DNA of 55,078 nucleotides from an uncultured Bacillales bacterium (GTDB lineage Bacteria; Bacillota_I; Bacilli_A; RF39; UBA660): NCBI GenBank assembly GCA_946408655.1, contig CAMJTE010000001.1, positions 1 to 55,078 of the forward strand, read 5' to 3'. Shown piece by piece: positions 45,652 to 55,078 of this stretch (position 1 is its first letter; each line of letters starts with the position of its first letter). The notes under the pieces were generated by a model. It saw only the letters and a program-made list of their open reading frames with translations, ran no database searches and was not told where the DNA came from. The position numbers and the translations under genes were made by a program.

Positions 45652-47298
45652 CTAATTGTTGAGTATACTAAATTTATAGATAATTTCTATATTTCTATCT
45701 TTATCTATTATAATTTTATCAATTAAGGCTTGTATTAACTCTCTTGATGGATTATCAATATCAATTAATTTTCTTATTTTATCTTCGTAGTCTTTTATTT
45801 CTGATTTATTAACTTTCTTTTCTTCTTTTGAATCTTGTAGACTTTGAATTCTTTCTCTTGTTCTAATTAAAGATTTTTCTGTTTCTCTAGAAATTCTTAA
45901 ATACATTTCTACGGATACTATTCCATTAAATTTGTCTTGATATAACATATCTAATTTACTAATTAAATCTTTTTCTTGTTTTCTTAAATCATTTATCTGA
46001 TTATTAACATCACTATTATCTTTTTTATTAATACTTTTAGATATTTCTGATATATCTAAATTTTTTAAATACTTTTTACAAGTATTTCTAATAACTTCAA
46101 GTAATGCTTCTTCTAACTTATCATACGGACTGAAATGAGGTTCACACATTCTTCTTTTGGGATCTCTTGAATATCTATTACAATTAACAGTCCAATAATC
46201 ATGTTTTTTTCTAAAAGATATTGTTAAGGTATTACCACATTCTTTACAATATAATAAATTTTCAAATAATCTTTTTTCTCTTTTTATAATATTAGAAACA
46301 TTAGTTCTCTTAACATTATTTTGAACACTTTCAAATATAAATCTATCGACTAATGGTTCATGAGTATTTTTCACAATATCCCAGTTACTCTTTGGTAATG
46401 TTTTTTTCTTATTAGATTTATATGATACTTTAGTTTGTACACTTTGTACCATATCACCTACATACATCTGATTTTTTAAAATCTTTTTAACAGAAGAAAT
46501 AGTCCACATAGGATTATATTTAGCCTTTGAATTAGGATTTTTTCTTTTTAAACTACTAGGTGTTTTTATATTATTGTCATTCAAATAAGTAGTTATTTCA
46601 GAAACTCCCACTCCTTTATAAGCCATATCAAATATTTTTTTTACTACCCATGCATAATCTGGATCAGGTATTAAGTGTCCCTTATCCTCTGGATCTCTTA
46701 AGTATCCATAACTTGGAGCACTACCTATAAACTTACCATCTCTTCTTTTATCATTTAAAACATTACGTATTTTAACTGAGTTTTGTTTACTATAAAAATC
46801 GTTACAAGCAAAGATAAATGTTGATGAATCATTACTTGCTTGATTTACAGCATTATCATACCCCTCTAGCATAGAAATAAATCTTATTCCATTTTCAGGG
46901 AAGAAAGTTTCAACATAATAACCTGTTAAAATATGATCTCTACCTAATCTTGATAAGTCTTTTACTATTACAAGATTAATTCTTCCCCCTTTAATATCTT
47001 CAATTAGTCTTTGAAATCCTGGTCTATCAAAAGTAGTGCCAGAATATCCATCATCTACATATTCATCTACGAAAATAAATCCTTTTTCCTTAATAAAATT
47101 CATTAGTATATTTCTTTGGTTAAGGACACTCTCACTTTCAGATTCGTAAGACTTGCCTTCATCAGCTTCTGATAATCTTATATAAATTCCTGCTTTATAG
47201 TAACTAGGGTGTTGTAATATAGTGTTATACACGGCTTCTACTCCTTTCTTCTGTATAACATTTAAAGTCTGACTTGAGTCTATCATTAAAATAGACAT
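45652..47298 (-). CDS. Large serine recombinase (resolvase/invertase N-domain plus recombinase and zinc-ribbon domains)
   Basis: 548 aa. Catalytic region GIYIRLSEADEG, YSGTTFDRPGFQRLIEDI, VIVKDLSRLGRD. Zinc ribbon CKECG..x..C. C-terminal coiled coil. Confidence 0.85.
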   Translation of the reverse strand: MSILMIDSSQTLNVIQKKGVEAVYNTILQHPSYYKAGIYIRLSEADEGKSYESESESVLNQRNILMNFIKEKGFIFVDEYVDDGYSGTTFDRPGFQRLIEDIKGGRINLVIVKDLSRLGRDHILTGYYVETFFPENGIRFISMLEGYDNAVNQASNDSSTFIFACNDFYSKQNSVKIRNVLNDKRRDGKFIGSAPSYGYLRDPEDKGHLIPDPDYAWVVKKIFDMAYKGVGVSEITTYLNDNNIKTPSSLKRKNPNSKAKYNPMWTISSVKKILKNQMYVGDMVQSVQTKVSYKSNKKKTLPKSNWDIVKNTHEPLVDRFIFESVQNNVKRTNVSNIIKREKRLFENLLYCKECGNTLTISFRKKHDYWTVNCNRYSRDPKRRMCEPHFSPYDKLEEALLEVIRNTCKKYLKNLDISEISKSINKKDNSDVNNQINDLRKQEKDLISKLDMLYQDKFNGIVSVEMYLRISRETEKSLIRTRERIQSLQDSKEEKKVNKSEIKDYEDKIRKLIDIDNPSRELIQALIDKIIIDKDRNIEIIYKFSILNN

Positions 47299-47307
47299 AT
47301 AACAAAT

Positions 47308-47403
47308 CTACGATTTTATTAAAACACATTTTATATATCCAATTACCAAATCATTAATAGTAGAATTATTATCTTTTTTAAAGGTTTCTTTAATATTAAA
47401 CAT
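47308..47403 (-). CDS. Possible 31-aa micro-ORF upstream of the recombinase gene
   Basis: ATG preceded by the strong RBS AAGAGGTGA. Translation is MFNIKETFKKDNNSTINDLVIGYIKCVLIKS. It ends 9 nt before the recombinase start. Not in the ORF track (too short). Confidence 0.25.
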   Translation of the reverse strand: MFNIKETFKKDNNSTINDLVIGYIKCVLIKS

Positions 47404-47449
47404 ATTTCACCTCTTAAAAAATTCTATGATAATTTTTCCCATAATATTT

Positions 47450-47953
47450 TTATTCCCCCTCTTTTTTAAATTTTTCTAATAATTTATTCAGTTCTTCAAG
47501 TTCTTCTTTAGATGGTGTTTCGCTTTTAATTAGTTGTCCATTCCAATACTCATTACCAAACTCATCTTTGTAATATATTTTATTTATATTACTTTTATTA
47601 TAATATTTAAAGTTTGGTTGAACACTAGAATTAAAGTTTTCTTTAATACCCTGTATCTTATTCTTTAATACATGGTCAAGTGTAATTGTACGTTTAGAAT
47701 TATTACTACTATCTTTTTCATATTTCAAATTAATATAATTTAAAGAGGCAAGATGATTAATACTTTTAGATATTGTTTGTTTACTATATCCTTGAATATT
47801 CATAAAATAACTATTTGTAGCCCAACAATATCCTTTATTCTTACACAAAGAAATTATGTGCAGTAATAATAACTTTTCTAAAGATGATATTCTACTATCA
47901 CTTAATACCGATATTGGTATAATTGGATTTATAAATTCTTCCATAGTATCCAC
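47450..47953 (-). CDS. Winged-helix DNA-binding protein (replication or regulatory type seen on mobile elements)
   Basis: 167 aa. Pattern LSDSRISSLEKLLLLHIISLC...GYCWATNSYFMNIQGYSKQTISKSINHLASLNYI. The start is GTG at 47953 or ATG at 47944. Confidence 0.5.
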   Translation of the reverse strand: MDTMEEFINPIIPISVLSDSRISSLEKLLLLHIISLCKNKGYCWATNSYFMNIQGYSKQTISKSINHLASLNYINLKYEKDSSNNSKRTITLDHVLKNKIQGIKENFNSSVQPNFKYYNKSNINKIYYKDEFGNEYWNGQLIKSETPSKEELEELNKLLEKFKKEGE

Positions 47954-48108
47954 TCTATAGAATCATACATAAAATATATCTTTATAAAAGTGCACTTTTA
48001 CATACTACTTCTCCTAGGTGTTTTCATCTTACATCAAATAAAAAGAAAAAGATATTCTACAAAAAAGAAAAAAGGAGTACAAACTGCACTCTCATATATT
48101 ATTTTTCA

Positions 48109-50421
48109 TTAATTAATAATGTCATATTCTTGATTAAATATATCATCAATTGTAATTGTATCACGTGCTCCCATATCTGAATAATCATATTCCATATTCT
48201 CTACAGCTAAGTCCTTTAAAAATGACGTCAAATCGTCATCAAGAAGCATCTCAATACAAATATTATCAATTATTATGTCTACATCTATTTTAATATTTTC
48301 CATCTCATAACCTTTTTCTTTAATTAAGTTAATCAATTCAAAACTTTGACTTTTAATTTCATCCTCTACTTGTGTTCTTAATTCATATACAAAATCACTA
48401 TTTACCTCAATTTCTTCTATTTCCATATGAAATTTTTCATCTGCAGATGCTTCATTTATCAATTCTTTTGCATATTCTTCACCAATAATTGTCAATTTTT
48501 GTTCTAAAGCATCTACATATATTTCTTCTAAACTTTCTTCAATAATAGTCAATGGAATTTTTTGAGTTGAATAATAATCAAATAATTCCTCTATATAATC
48601 ATAGTCTGCATCACAAAACCTCTTTGAAACTAAATCCATATTAGATAGTTTTTCTTCTAAATTATAATATTCTCGTATTTTCTCGTCCATTGCCATTTTA
48701 ATTAAATAATTTCCACCAATATCTATATTAAATAAATCACTAATATAATTAATTAAATTTTTATCAAAATATTTATTTTTTAATATAAAATTAATTTTCT
48801 TCTTTTTATCTAAATATTGATTACTCATGAACGAATTATATTGATTATATGCAATTAATTTTTCAAAGCCCTCAATTTTATCTTCTAAAATAGATGGTAA
48901 AATATTCACTATTTTATCTATTTGCTCTATATATAATGCATTATCATAAATTTTCTTTAATTGAGCCATATTATCTAAAAGGTAATTCTGAATATAGTCA
49001 TTAATAGATGGATTTAGAACACTTATATATTTTTTCTTGCCTAATATTGCAATTCCTATTAATGACTTACTCAATCTATTTATTGAATCTTCAAAGCTAT
49101 ATTTTTCAACTTCAGAATTAGAATTACAAAGATAATTTGTAACAGATTTATGAAGGCAATCAACAGGTATATAATTATTTCCTAATGTATACAATTGATA
49201 CATTAGGACTACATCACACGTTTCTATTCTCTCAAACTCACTTTTCCAAATATCTTTTGGATTATTTAATGATTCAATAATATAATTAAAAAAATTCTCA
49301 GAAGCTACCCTATTAGATCTTTTGCAACACATTTCAATGATTCGTGTATTAAAAGATTTATGATTAATTATTAAATTATAATTGTTATCTTTTTTTATAG
49401 TATTAAATGATTTTTTTGTAACACCATTATGATACATTAAGTTATACAATATTCTCGCCCTATCTAATTGACTTAAATCATTTACATCAATTAGGCACTC
49501 TTTTATACCTATTTCATCTAATAATTTTTCAAATTCTTCTTTTTCATGTTTTGCCTTGTTTAAAATAGTAATTCTACTATTTAATATAACCTTCTTATTA
49601 TTAAAAATTGTAGTTAACTTCAATAAATTTTTTAAATCATTAATCAACTTATCATCTAAAGATAATGAAGTTTGACCTAAAAAATCATCTAAAAATATTA
49701 TTTCAGGATCATCATTTTGATGTACAGACTCTATTAATTTTGATAAGTCGTTATTAGATACTGTTGTCAATTTATAATCTTTATTATTTGCTAAAAGATA
49801 TCTTATTAACATTTTTGATGTTATTGTTTTTCCAATACCAGGATCTCCGACAAATAAGATTATTCCATTTGAATTAATAATATCCACTGCATTATAATAA
49901 GCTTTGGTTTCAACAAAAAATTTTGTTTCATTTTCAAAATCATTTATAATTACCTTACTTATTGCATCAGAATATCTATTTAAATACAAATCTAAAACAA
50001 TAGATGAAGATAGCCATAATTTATGATTTTTTTTCAAAACATCTATATTATTAGTGTCAGATAAAAAGTCATCAATATCTGTTTTCCCTATTATATAAGA
50101 GTAATCATCCATATATTCGTGAAAAATTTCATATATATTTTCTACTATTTTTTTTCCCAGTTCTGCAGTTGTAAGTAAATAGTATTTTTCAAATTCTGTG
50201 TTTTTTATTTTATTATATTCATTTTGACAAACTGTTTTTAAATTTAATGAGTCCTTATAACGTTTGCATTGACATATAATTTTTCCATCTAAACTTATTA
50301 AATCAATTCCATCATCTTTTCCCGGACCAAATCTTTTAAATTTTGTATTTAATTTTTTCTCCATAAAATCCATACAAAACTTTTCAAATTCTAATGGATC
50401 TAAATTTAATATATTAAACAT
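48109..50421 (-). CDS. Mrr-type PD-(D/E)xK nuclease domain fused to a STAND-like P-loop NTPase and a helical C-terminal region
   Basis: The probable start is 50421 (MFNILNL), overlapping the upstream stop by 8 nt. Nuclease motif GPGKDDGIDLISLDGKIICQCKRY. Walker A GDPGIGKT. Walker B IIFLDDFLG. About 450 aa of helical C-terminus. Confidence 0.65.
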   Translation of the reverse strand: MFNILNLDPLEFEKFCMDFMEKKLNTKFKRFGPGKDDGIDLISLDGKIICQCKRYKDSLNLKTVCQNEYNKIKNTEFEKYYLLTTAELGKKIVENIYEIFHEYMDDYSYIIGKTDIDDFLSDTNNIDVLKKNHKLWLSSSIVLDLYLNRYSDAISKVIINDFENETKFFVETKAYYNAVDIINSNGIILFVGDPGIGKTITSKMLIRYLLANNKDYKLTTVSNNDLSKLIESVHQNDDPEIIFLDDFLGQTSLSLDDKLINDLKNLLKLTTIFNNKKVILNSRITILNKAKHEKEEFEKLLDEIGIKECLIDVNDLSQLDRARILYNLMYHNGVTKKSFNTIKKDNNYNLIINHKSFNTRIIEMCCKRSNRVASENFFNYIIESLNNPKDIWKSEFERIETCDVVLMYQLYTLGNNYIPVDCLHKSVTNYLCNSNSEVEKYSFEDSINRLSKSLIGIAILGKKKYISVLNPSINDYIQNYLLDNMAQLKKIYDNALYIEQIDKIVNILPSILEDKIEGFEKLIAYNQYNSFMSNQYLDKKKKINFILKNKYFDKNLINYISDLFNIDIGGNYLIKMAMDEKIREYYNLEEKLSNMDLVSKRFCDADYDYIEELFDYYSTQKIPLTIIEESLEEIYVDALEQKLTIIGEEYAKELINEASADEKFHMEIEEIEVNSDFVYELRTQVEDEIKSQSFELINLIKEKGYEMENIKIDVDIIIDNICIEMLLDDDLTSFLKDLAVENMEYDYSDMGARDTITIDDIFNQEYDIIN

Positions 50422-51607
50422 TTTCATCACTTCCTTCAAATATAGAACTATATTTTTTATAATTATTAAAGTTATCCAAAAACTCAATAAAAGCTGTAGT
50501 ATCAGTCTTTTTCCCCAAATAATTCAATTCATTTTCTAAATTATCGTCAAATTCTAAATATTTCTTACATTTTTTTATTTCTTCATTAATCAAAACATTA
50601 TTGCTATCATTTTTATCGTCAATATCAAATAAAGGCACAACCTCAATCCCTAATTGTTCAAAAACATTAATAAAAGGCAAATAATGAGGTTTTCCATAAC
50701 ATTGAAAAATACTATATTGATTATATTGCTCAAGTTTTTTTACTAATAATGATTTTAAAAATAATAAGTCATTAATACCTTCAATCATATATACTTTTTT
50801 TGAAAAAATAGCCTCAAAAAATTCTTTTTTATGTAATTCTATTATATTTTTCTTAAAACTTAATGCGTTATAATAAGCTTTTGATTTATTATTTAAATTA
50901 TCTAAATGTATAGATTTTGAAATAGATACCGCATCATTAAAATTTATTTTCTTAGGGTTCCCATAATTTGGATCATTAAAAATATATAATTCATTAAAAT
51001 CAATATTTAACAAACTTAGTAATTCTGGAGAATGAGTTGCAATACACACATCTTTATCTATACTCAACTTATTAATCAATCCAGCTGTAATGTGTAATAA
51101 TGAAGGATGTGTATGATTCTCTGGTTCGTCTAAAAATATATATTTTTTATTGCTTTTTTCAATTAATTTTAATAAAAATTGCAATTTTTGACCGCTACCC
51201 ATAGAATTCTTTAAATCATCTGAATTTATTTTGATAAGTTTTTTATGCTCTTTACTAGATGTAGTATCTATAACATCTTTTTTTCTCTGTTGATTATTAA
51301 GAGATAACACTTCATTCATAATATCATTATACATTTTTTTATTCTCTTCTACATTTTTGTCTATTAATTTTTCATAATTATTTTTTGCAGTATTAATATC
51401 ATCATTTTCTAACAATTCTTCTATTAAATATTCCATAACAAATGAATTATTAACACTATCCTTCATCTCATCTGCAAAAACTATTTCAGAATTTAGCATT
51501 ATTATATCTTTTCTATTTTTATCCTCTTTTTTTAATTCTTCTATTTTACTATTAATTGCATATGTCTTTCCATAACCATTAGGTCCTATATATATTCTTA
51601 ACATCAC
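50414..51607 (-). CDS. OLD-family-like ABC-type ATPase fused to a Toprim nuclease domain
   Basis: 397 aa. Walker A GPNGYGKT, signature-like SMGSGQK, Walker B YIFLDEPENHTHP, CIATHSP. Toprim-like MIEGINDLLFL and PLFDIDD. GGGAGG RBS. Confidence 0.65.
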   Translation of the reverse strand: MMLRIYIGPNGYGKTYAINSKIEELKKEDKNRKDIIMLNSEIVFADEMKDSVNNSFVMEYLIEELLENDDINTAKNNYEKLIDKNVEENKKMYNDIMNEVLSLNNQQRKKDVIDTTSSKEHKKLIKINSDDLKNSMGSGQKLQFLLKLIEKSNKKYIFLDEPENHTHPSLLHITAGLINKLSIDKDVCIATHSPELLSLLNIDFNELYIFNDPNYGNPKKINFNDAVSISKSIHLDNLNNKSKAYYNALSFKKNIIELHKKEFFEAIFSKKVYMIEGINDLLFLKSLLVKKLEQYNQYSIFQCYGKPHYLPFINVFEQLGIEVVPLFDIDDKNDSNNVLINEEIKKCKKYLEFDDNLENELNYLGKKTDTTAFIEFLDNFNNYKKYSSIFEGSDENV

Positions 51608-51677
51608 TACCTCCCACTACATAAAAAGCGCAATACAAAAACTTAAATATATTTAAGCCTGTACTAGCGCTTTAATA

Positions 51678-52871
51678 TTATCTATTTCCTTTAATATGGT
51701 TATGTGTTCTGCATAGCATTTGACAATTACTAATGTCAGTAGAACCACCTTTGCTCCATGCAGTTACATGATCAGCATCCATATCTTTATAATCCCATAT
51801 TTTCGTTTTATTAGATAAATTTTCGATTACACACATTGGACAGTTAGAAATATTTTTAATTTTAGCAATTTGAGTTTGATTTTCATATACTGTCTTTTTT
51901 GTTGGCTCATCAAAAAGTCTAATATTAAGCAATTTTATATCTTCCTGTTTACAACCATTTAATATATACTCATAACAACCTTTTTTATCATTTACAAAAT
52001 AATCACTGTATAATTCGTTTAATTTTTTTGAAACATCATTAGAATTATAAGGGATTTTATGATACTTTTCGTACATTTTTCCCCAATTAATATATTGCAT
52101 TTCATCTTTTACATCAATAAATATAGTTGAAACCCAATTAATAACATCATTAAAATATGAAGTTAATTCATTAATATTATCATCATGTCTATGATCTGCC
52201 ATATATTTTTCAAGATTACCATCTTTTTTCCAATCTTTTGAAACCCATGATAAAGCGACTTCTAATAATCCTTGTCTTTTTACTTCAACCTTCATATAAC
52301 TCAACCACTTATGTAAATTTGAATTTTGTGAATTACTAAATACCTCTTTTGCTTTAGTAATAAATGGTCCACTATAAATAGAATTCAACAATTCTTGGTT
52401 ATTTAATGGCTTACCAGCAATATTAATTGTTTTAAACCATTCTTTTATTTCAGACTCTTCACCACTGCAAATATAAATGGTTAATTCGGTGTTATATATT
52501 TTATCTTGTTTATCTTTTGGAAGTGACTCAAATTTATATGGAATATCGTTTTCATCAATCCATGCAAATTTATTAGTTACATATCTACCTATACTAGTTA
52601 TTCTTTGTTGTCCATCAAGAATTTCATATTTATCTTTTTCTGTTTCAACAAAATAAATTAATCCTATAGGATACCCCTTTAATAAAGAATCAATAACCGC
52701 AACATCATCTTTTCCATTAGCATAAATATAATTTCTTTGATATTCTGGTTGAATAGTTAATTTACCTGCCCAACCAAATAATCCTTTTTCTTCAGATTCA
52801 CTATATTGAAATCCTTCACACATCTGTCTAATAGTTAAATCTGTCCTTAATCTAGTTTTCATTTTCACCAT
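51678..52871 (-). CDS. DUF262 (ParB-like) domain protein with C-terminal HNH nuclease
   Basis: 397 aa. DUF262 motifs IQPEYQRNY and [17 protein letters not shown] motif [32 protein letters not shown]. Confidence 0.75.
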   Translation of the reverse strand: MVKMKTRLRTDLTIRQMCEGFQYSESEEKGLFGWAGKLTIQPEYQRNYIYANGKDDVAVIDSLLKGYPIGLIYFVETEKDKYEILDGQQRITSIGRYVTNKFAWIDENDIPYKFESLPKDKQDKIYNTELTIYICSGEESEIKEWFKTINIAGKPLNNQELLNSIYSGPFITKAKEVFSNSQNSNLHKWLSYMKVEVKRQGLLEVALSWVSKDWKKDGNLEKYMADHRHDDNINELTSYFNDVINWVSTIFIDVKDEMQYINWGKMYEKYHKIPYNSNDVSKKLNELYSDYFVNDKKGCYEYILNGCKQEDIKLLNIRLFDEPTKKTVYENQTQIAKIKNISNCPMCVIENLSNKTKIWDYKDMDADHVTAWSKGGSTDISNCQMLCRTHNHIKGNR

Positions 52872-53973
52872 CCACTTTCTGAATTAAAATTCTATCATAA
52901 ATCTGTTTCCCATTAATATGGCCTCTGTGACGTTGAGATGGAATAGTTCTCAACTTTTCCACTTCTGGTGTTGTATCTCCAGAATGAGTATGACCTATTA
53001 TTCTAAATTGTCTGGGATTATGTAGTTTAAGAAATGTTATTGGTACACCCATTACACCATCGTAATCAGATGGAATAGCATCATATCTAGGAACTTCTAA
53101 AGCACTATAATTATCAAATTTTGGATAAGTTTTTAGTCCATAATCTTTTTCTAATTTTTTTATTAAAGGTTTGTTATATCTTAAGTTATCTTGCATAGTC
53201 ATCAAATTAAGTACAGTATGACGTCTTTTTAAGTCAATATTAGTATACCAACATATATTACCCATACTGCGCCATTTTTGCCCTTTTTCGTCTATCCAAA
53301 ATCTTGTCTCTCGTGGTTCTGAATCTTTTGGTACTTTAAATGACATATCACCAGCATTTTTTCCTAACCACATAACACCGTCTCTTACTAATGGAAATGT
53401 TTCCTTGGTAGTTGCATCATTTTCATTTCCAATAATGATAAACTGCTTACCAGATTCTATTAGCCACGAAAGAAATTCTCTAAATAATGAAAAAGGTGGA
53501 TTAGTTATAATAATATCAGCTTCATTTCTTAATTTTTTTACTTCGTCAGATCTAAAATCTCCATCTCCTTTTAGATAGTCCCATTCTAAATCATTTATAT
53601 CAATTCTACCCGATTTATTTGTATCTCTATCTAATGTAAATATTTTCCCATGTGAATTAGTCTTATTCTTATCAAATTTAGGACTTTCTTGCTCAAATAG
53701 AGATAATTGAACAAATACTGCACTTTTTTTATCGTTAGCATAGCTGGTACTTATAAGTTTTTTAAGTCCTAGTAATTCAAAATTTTGAGCAAAATATCTA
53801 GTAAAATTACTCCACTCTGGATCATCACATGGAAGTAGTATCGTTTTATTTTTAAAAACATTTGGGTTATATTCTAGATAAGCATTCATTTCTTTTTCTA
53901 TGTCTGAGTATTCAGTATAAAATTCATCATCTTTTTCTTTTTTTGCTCTTTTCAAACTTTCATTATTAGCCAT
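52852..53973 (-). CDS. N6-adenine DNA methyltransferase (EcoRI-methylase-like family)
   Basis: 373 aa. Catalytic motif [14 protein letters not shown]. Overlaps the downstream DUF262-HNH gene by 20 nt. Confidence 0.75.
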   Translation of the reverse strand: MANNESLKRAKKEKDDEFYTEYSDIEKEMNAYLEYNPNVFKNKTILLPCDDPEWSNFTRYFAQNFELLGLKKLISTSYANDKKSAVFVQLSLFEQESPKFDKNKTNSHGKIFTLDRDTNKSGRIDINDLEWDYLKGDGDFRSDEVKKLRNEADIIITNPPFSLFREFLSWLIESGKQFIIIGNENDATTKETFPLVRDGVMWLGKNAGDMSFKVPKDSEPRETRFWIDEKGQKWRSMGNICWYTNIDLKRRHTVLNLMTMQDNLRYNKPLIKKLEKDYGLKTYPKFDNYSALEVPRYDAIPSDYDGVMGVPITFLKLHNPRQFRIIGHTHSGDTTPEVEKLRTIPSQRHRGHINGKQIYDRILIQKVDGENEN

Positions 53974-53977
53974 AATA

Positions 53978-54634
53978 TCACTTCCTAATAACTAAAATTT
54001 TCTCTAATTTGTGCTCTAATTGATATAAAGTATTTCCACTAGATACATCTCCGCCTAAATCTTCAAGTGCTGAATATAAAATTTGACGTTTTGAGGGATT
54101 TGAATTATTTGGAACTTCATTATCTGTATCTTTTTCATATATACCTAGAGTTCCATCTTCATTTGTTTTAGAATAATAATCTTTTCCTGTTAAACTTGAA
54201 TGAAAATTTATATTTTTAAAATGATGTCTATTTTTTGACAATAATAAAGCTTCTTTCCTATCTTCTATTTCTTCATTTGTTTCCTTCCATAAATGAAGCC
54301 TATCAGTTGTACCATTTATTTCAGCCATACTCTCAAATGCAGAATACATTTCTTCTGGACTCATATGATAAAATTCTCTGACTCTAATTTTATCTCCTAT
54401 TTTTTCTTTACTTCTAAGTTCTGGATTTATAGTATCTATGAATTTGTGTAATTTTATATCAGTTAATCTCTCGGTTACATCAAATGTTGCATAAATATGA
54501 AATGAAAATGGAACAGCCTCAGAATTATTTAATTGTTTTACTCTTGCTTCAACATCGTCAGCATATCCAATTTTGATATATTCTGGAAATGATGGATTAG
54601 TTAATATATAAATTACTCCACATTTTTCTTTCAT
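53978..54634 (-). CDS. GIY-YIG-like T5orf172/MUG113-domain protein
   Basis: 218 aa. N-terminus GVIYILTNPSFPEYIKIGYADDVEARVKQLN. First gene of the three-gene operon. Confidence 0.6.
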   Translation of the reverse strand: MKEKCGVIYILTNPSFPEYIKIGYADDVEARVKQLNNSEAVPFSFHIYATFDVTERLTDIKLHKFIDTINPELRSKEKIGDKIRVREFYHMSPEEMYSAFESMAEINGTTDRLHLWKETNEEIEDRKEALLLSKNRHHFKNINFHSSLTGKDYYSKTNEDGTLGIYEKDTDNEVPNNSNPSKRQILYSALEDLGGDVSSGNTLYQLEHKLEKILVIRK

Positions 54635-54864
54635 ACTCTCTCACTCCTAAAGTTTTAAATCAATATTATTATAACATATAATTCGGCAAATTTTTAATTT
54701 TGAAATTGAAATACTTACAATTTTTTAATTTTTAAAATTGGGGTTGGGAGTAATCCCACAAAAGAATTTCGTACAGGAGTACAAATTCAGTGCTGGCTAG
54801 ACAATTCATATATTCCTATTTGCTATTATTAAGAAAAAATAATATAATTATTTTGGTGATATTT

Positions 54865-55059
54865 ATGAGAACTCATAGAATAATTTTTTGGACAACTTTA
54901 TTATTATTTGCTGTAGGTCTACCTGCAATAATGAATATTAATTTTGAAACAGATCTTAAAAATATTTTAATAGGTATAATTTGTAGTAGTTTAGTTGCTG
55001 CTATTGTTGAACTACCTAATTTATGTCTCTTTTTAAACAAAGTGCTGATGGAGATATAG
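54865..55059 (+). CDS. Small membrane protein (hypothetical)
   Basis: ATG at 54865 preceded by GGTGA. The track start at 54790 is a GTG without an RBS. Two hydrophobic helices. Confidence 0.3.
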   Translation: MRTHRIIFWTTLLLFAVGLPAIMNINFETDLKNILIGIICSSLVAAIVELPNLCLFLNKVLMEI

Positions 55060-55078
55060 AAATTATATAAATAATGTG

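Larger units (their letters stand above)
44394..55078. mobile_element. Integrative element with a large serine recombinase (left end in the window; right end beyond it)
   Basis: There is an abrupt loss of amidase coding sequence at about 44394. The recombinase gene is ~1.2 kb inside. The cargo is DinD-like, wHTH and defence genes. Confidence 0.55.

Noticed and set aside
1-55078. Possibility of genetic code 4 (TGA=Trp), given the extreme AT-richness and the resemblance of some T4SS parts to Mollicutes ICE genes.
   Set aside because: Long motif-complete ORFs are obtained with the standard code. Trp is encoded by TGG in conserved motifs. Well-supported genes terminate at TGA with a correctly spaced downstream RBS and start (for example 16601-16603 and 31731-33).
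7110-55078. Treating the Tad/T4SS cluster and the serine-recombinase element as two halves of one ICE.
   Set aside because: They are separated by ~10 kb of core-type genes (scpAB, tRNA-Leu, uppP, RNA methyltransferase). The recombinase element has its own junction inside the amidase gene at about 44394 and extends away from the T4SS cluster.

Overview
Very AT-rich, standard-code, Bacillota-like chromosomal segment that is almost entirely coding. All functional calls come from motif recognition by eye. No database search was run.

Layout:
- (1) 0.3-3.9 kb holds the housekeeping genes rnr, rmuC and a rhodanese gene.
- (2) 3.9-34.6 kb is a ~31-kb supercluster, all on the minus strand. It joins a Tad/Flp-type (type IVc) pilus module to a Gram-positive-type type IV secretion module. 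The Tad module has a CpaB-like gene, a TadA/CpaF ATPase, TadB- and TadC-like platform proteins, a TadZ-like gene and four pilin or pseudopilin-like genes that share an MK[ED]xxG leader. It also has a large secreted protein that carries a dockerin. The T4SS module has four VirB2/TrbC-like paralogs, a VirB6-like gene, a VirB3-like gene, a split VirB4, a VirD4-type coupling protein and an unusual number of peptidoglycan hydrolases (three CHAP paralogs plus one M23+lysozyme fusion).
- No relaxase, integrase or prepilin peptidase is visible in or next to this cluster. It is interrupted by an AbiE toxin-antitoxin plus DUF1016 nuclease cassette and by an IS1595-family insertion sequence. This cluster is my main candidate for an undescribed system.
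- (3) 34.7-43.6 kb is housekeeping or unknown: scpA, scpB, tRNA-Leu(CAA), uppP, a RumA-type RNA methyltransferase, a RhuM-like gene and small unknown genes.
- (4) 43.6-55.1 kb starts with a LysM-amidase gene cut by an integrative element that has a large serine recombinase and runs off the window. The element carries a defence island: an OLD-like ATPase/Toprim gene with a Mrr-nuclease/STAND-like NTPase gene, and a T5orf172, NPPF adenine methyltransferase and DUF262-HNH operon.

Several consensus promoters, intrinsic terminators and operator-like palindromes are readable directly from the sequence.
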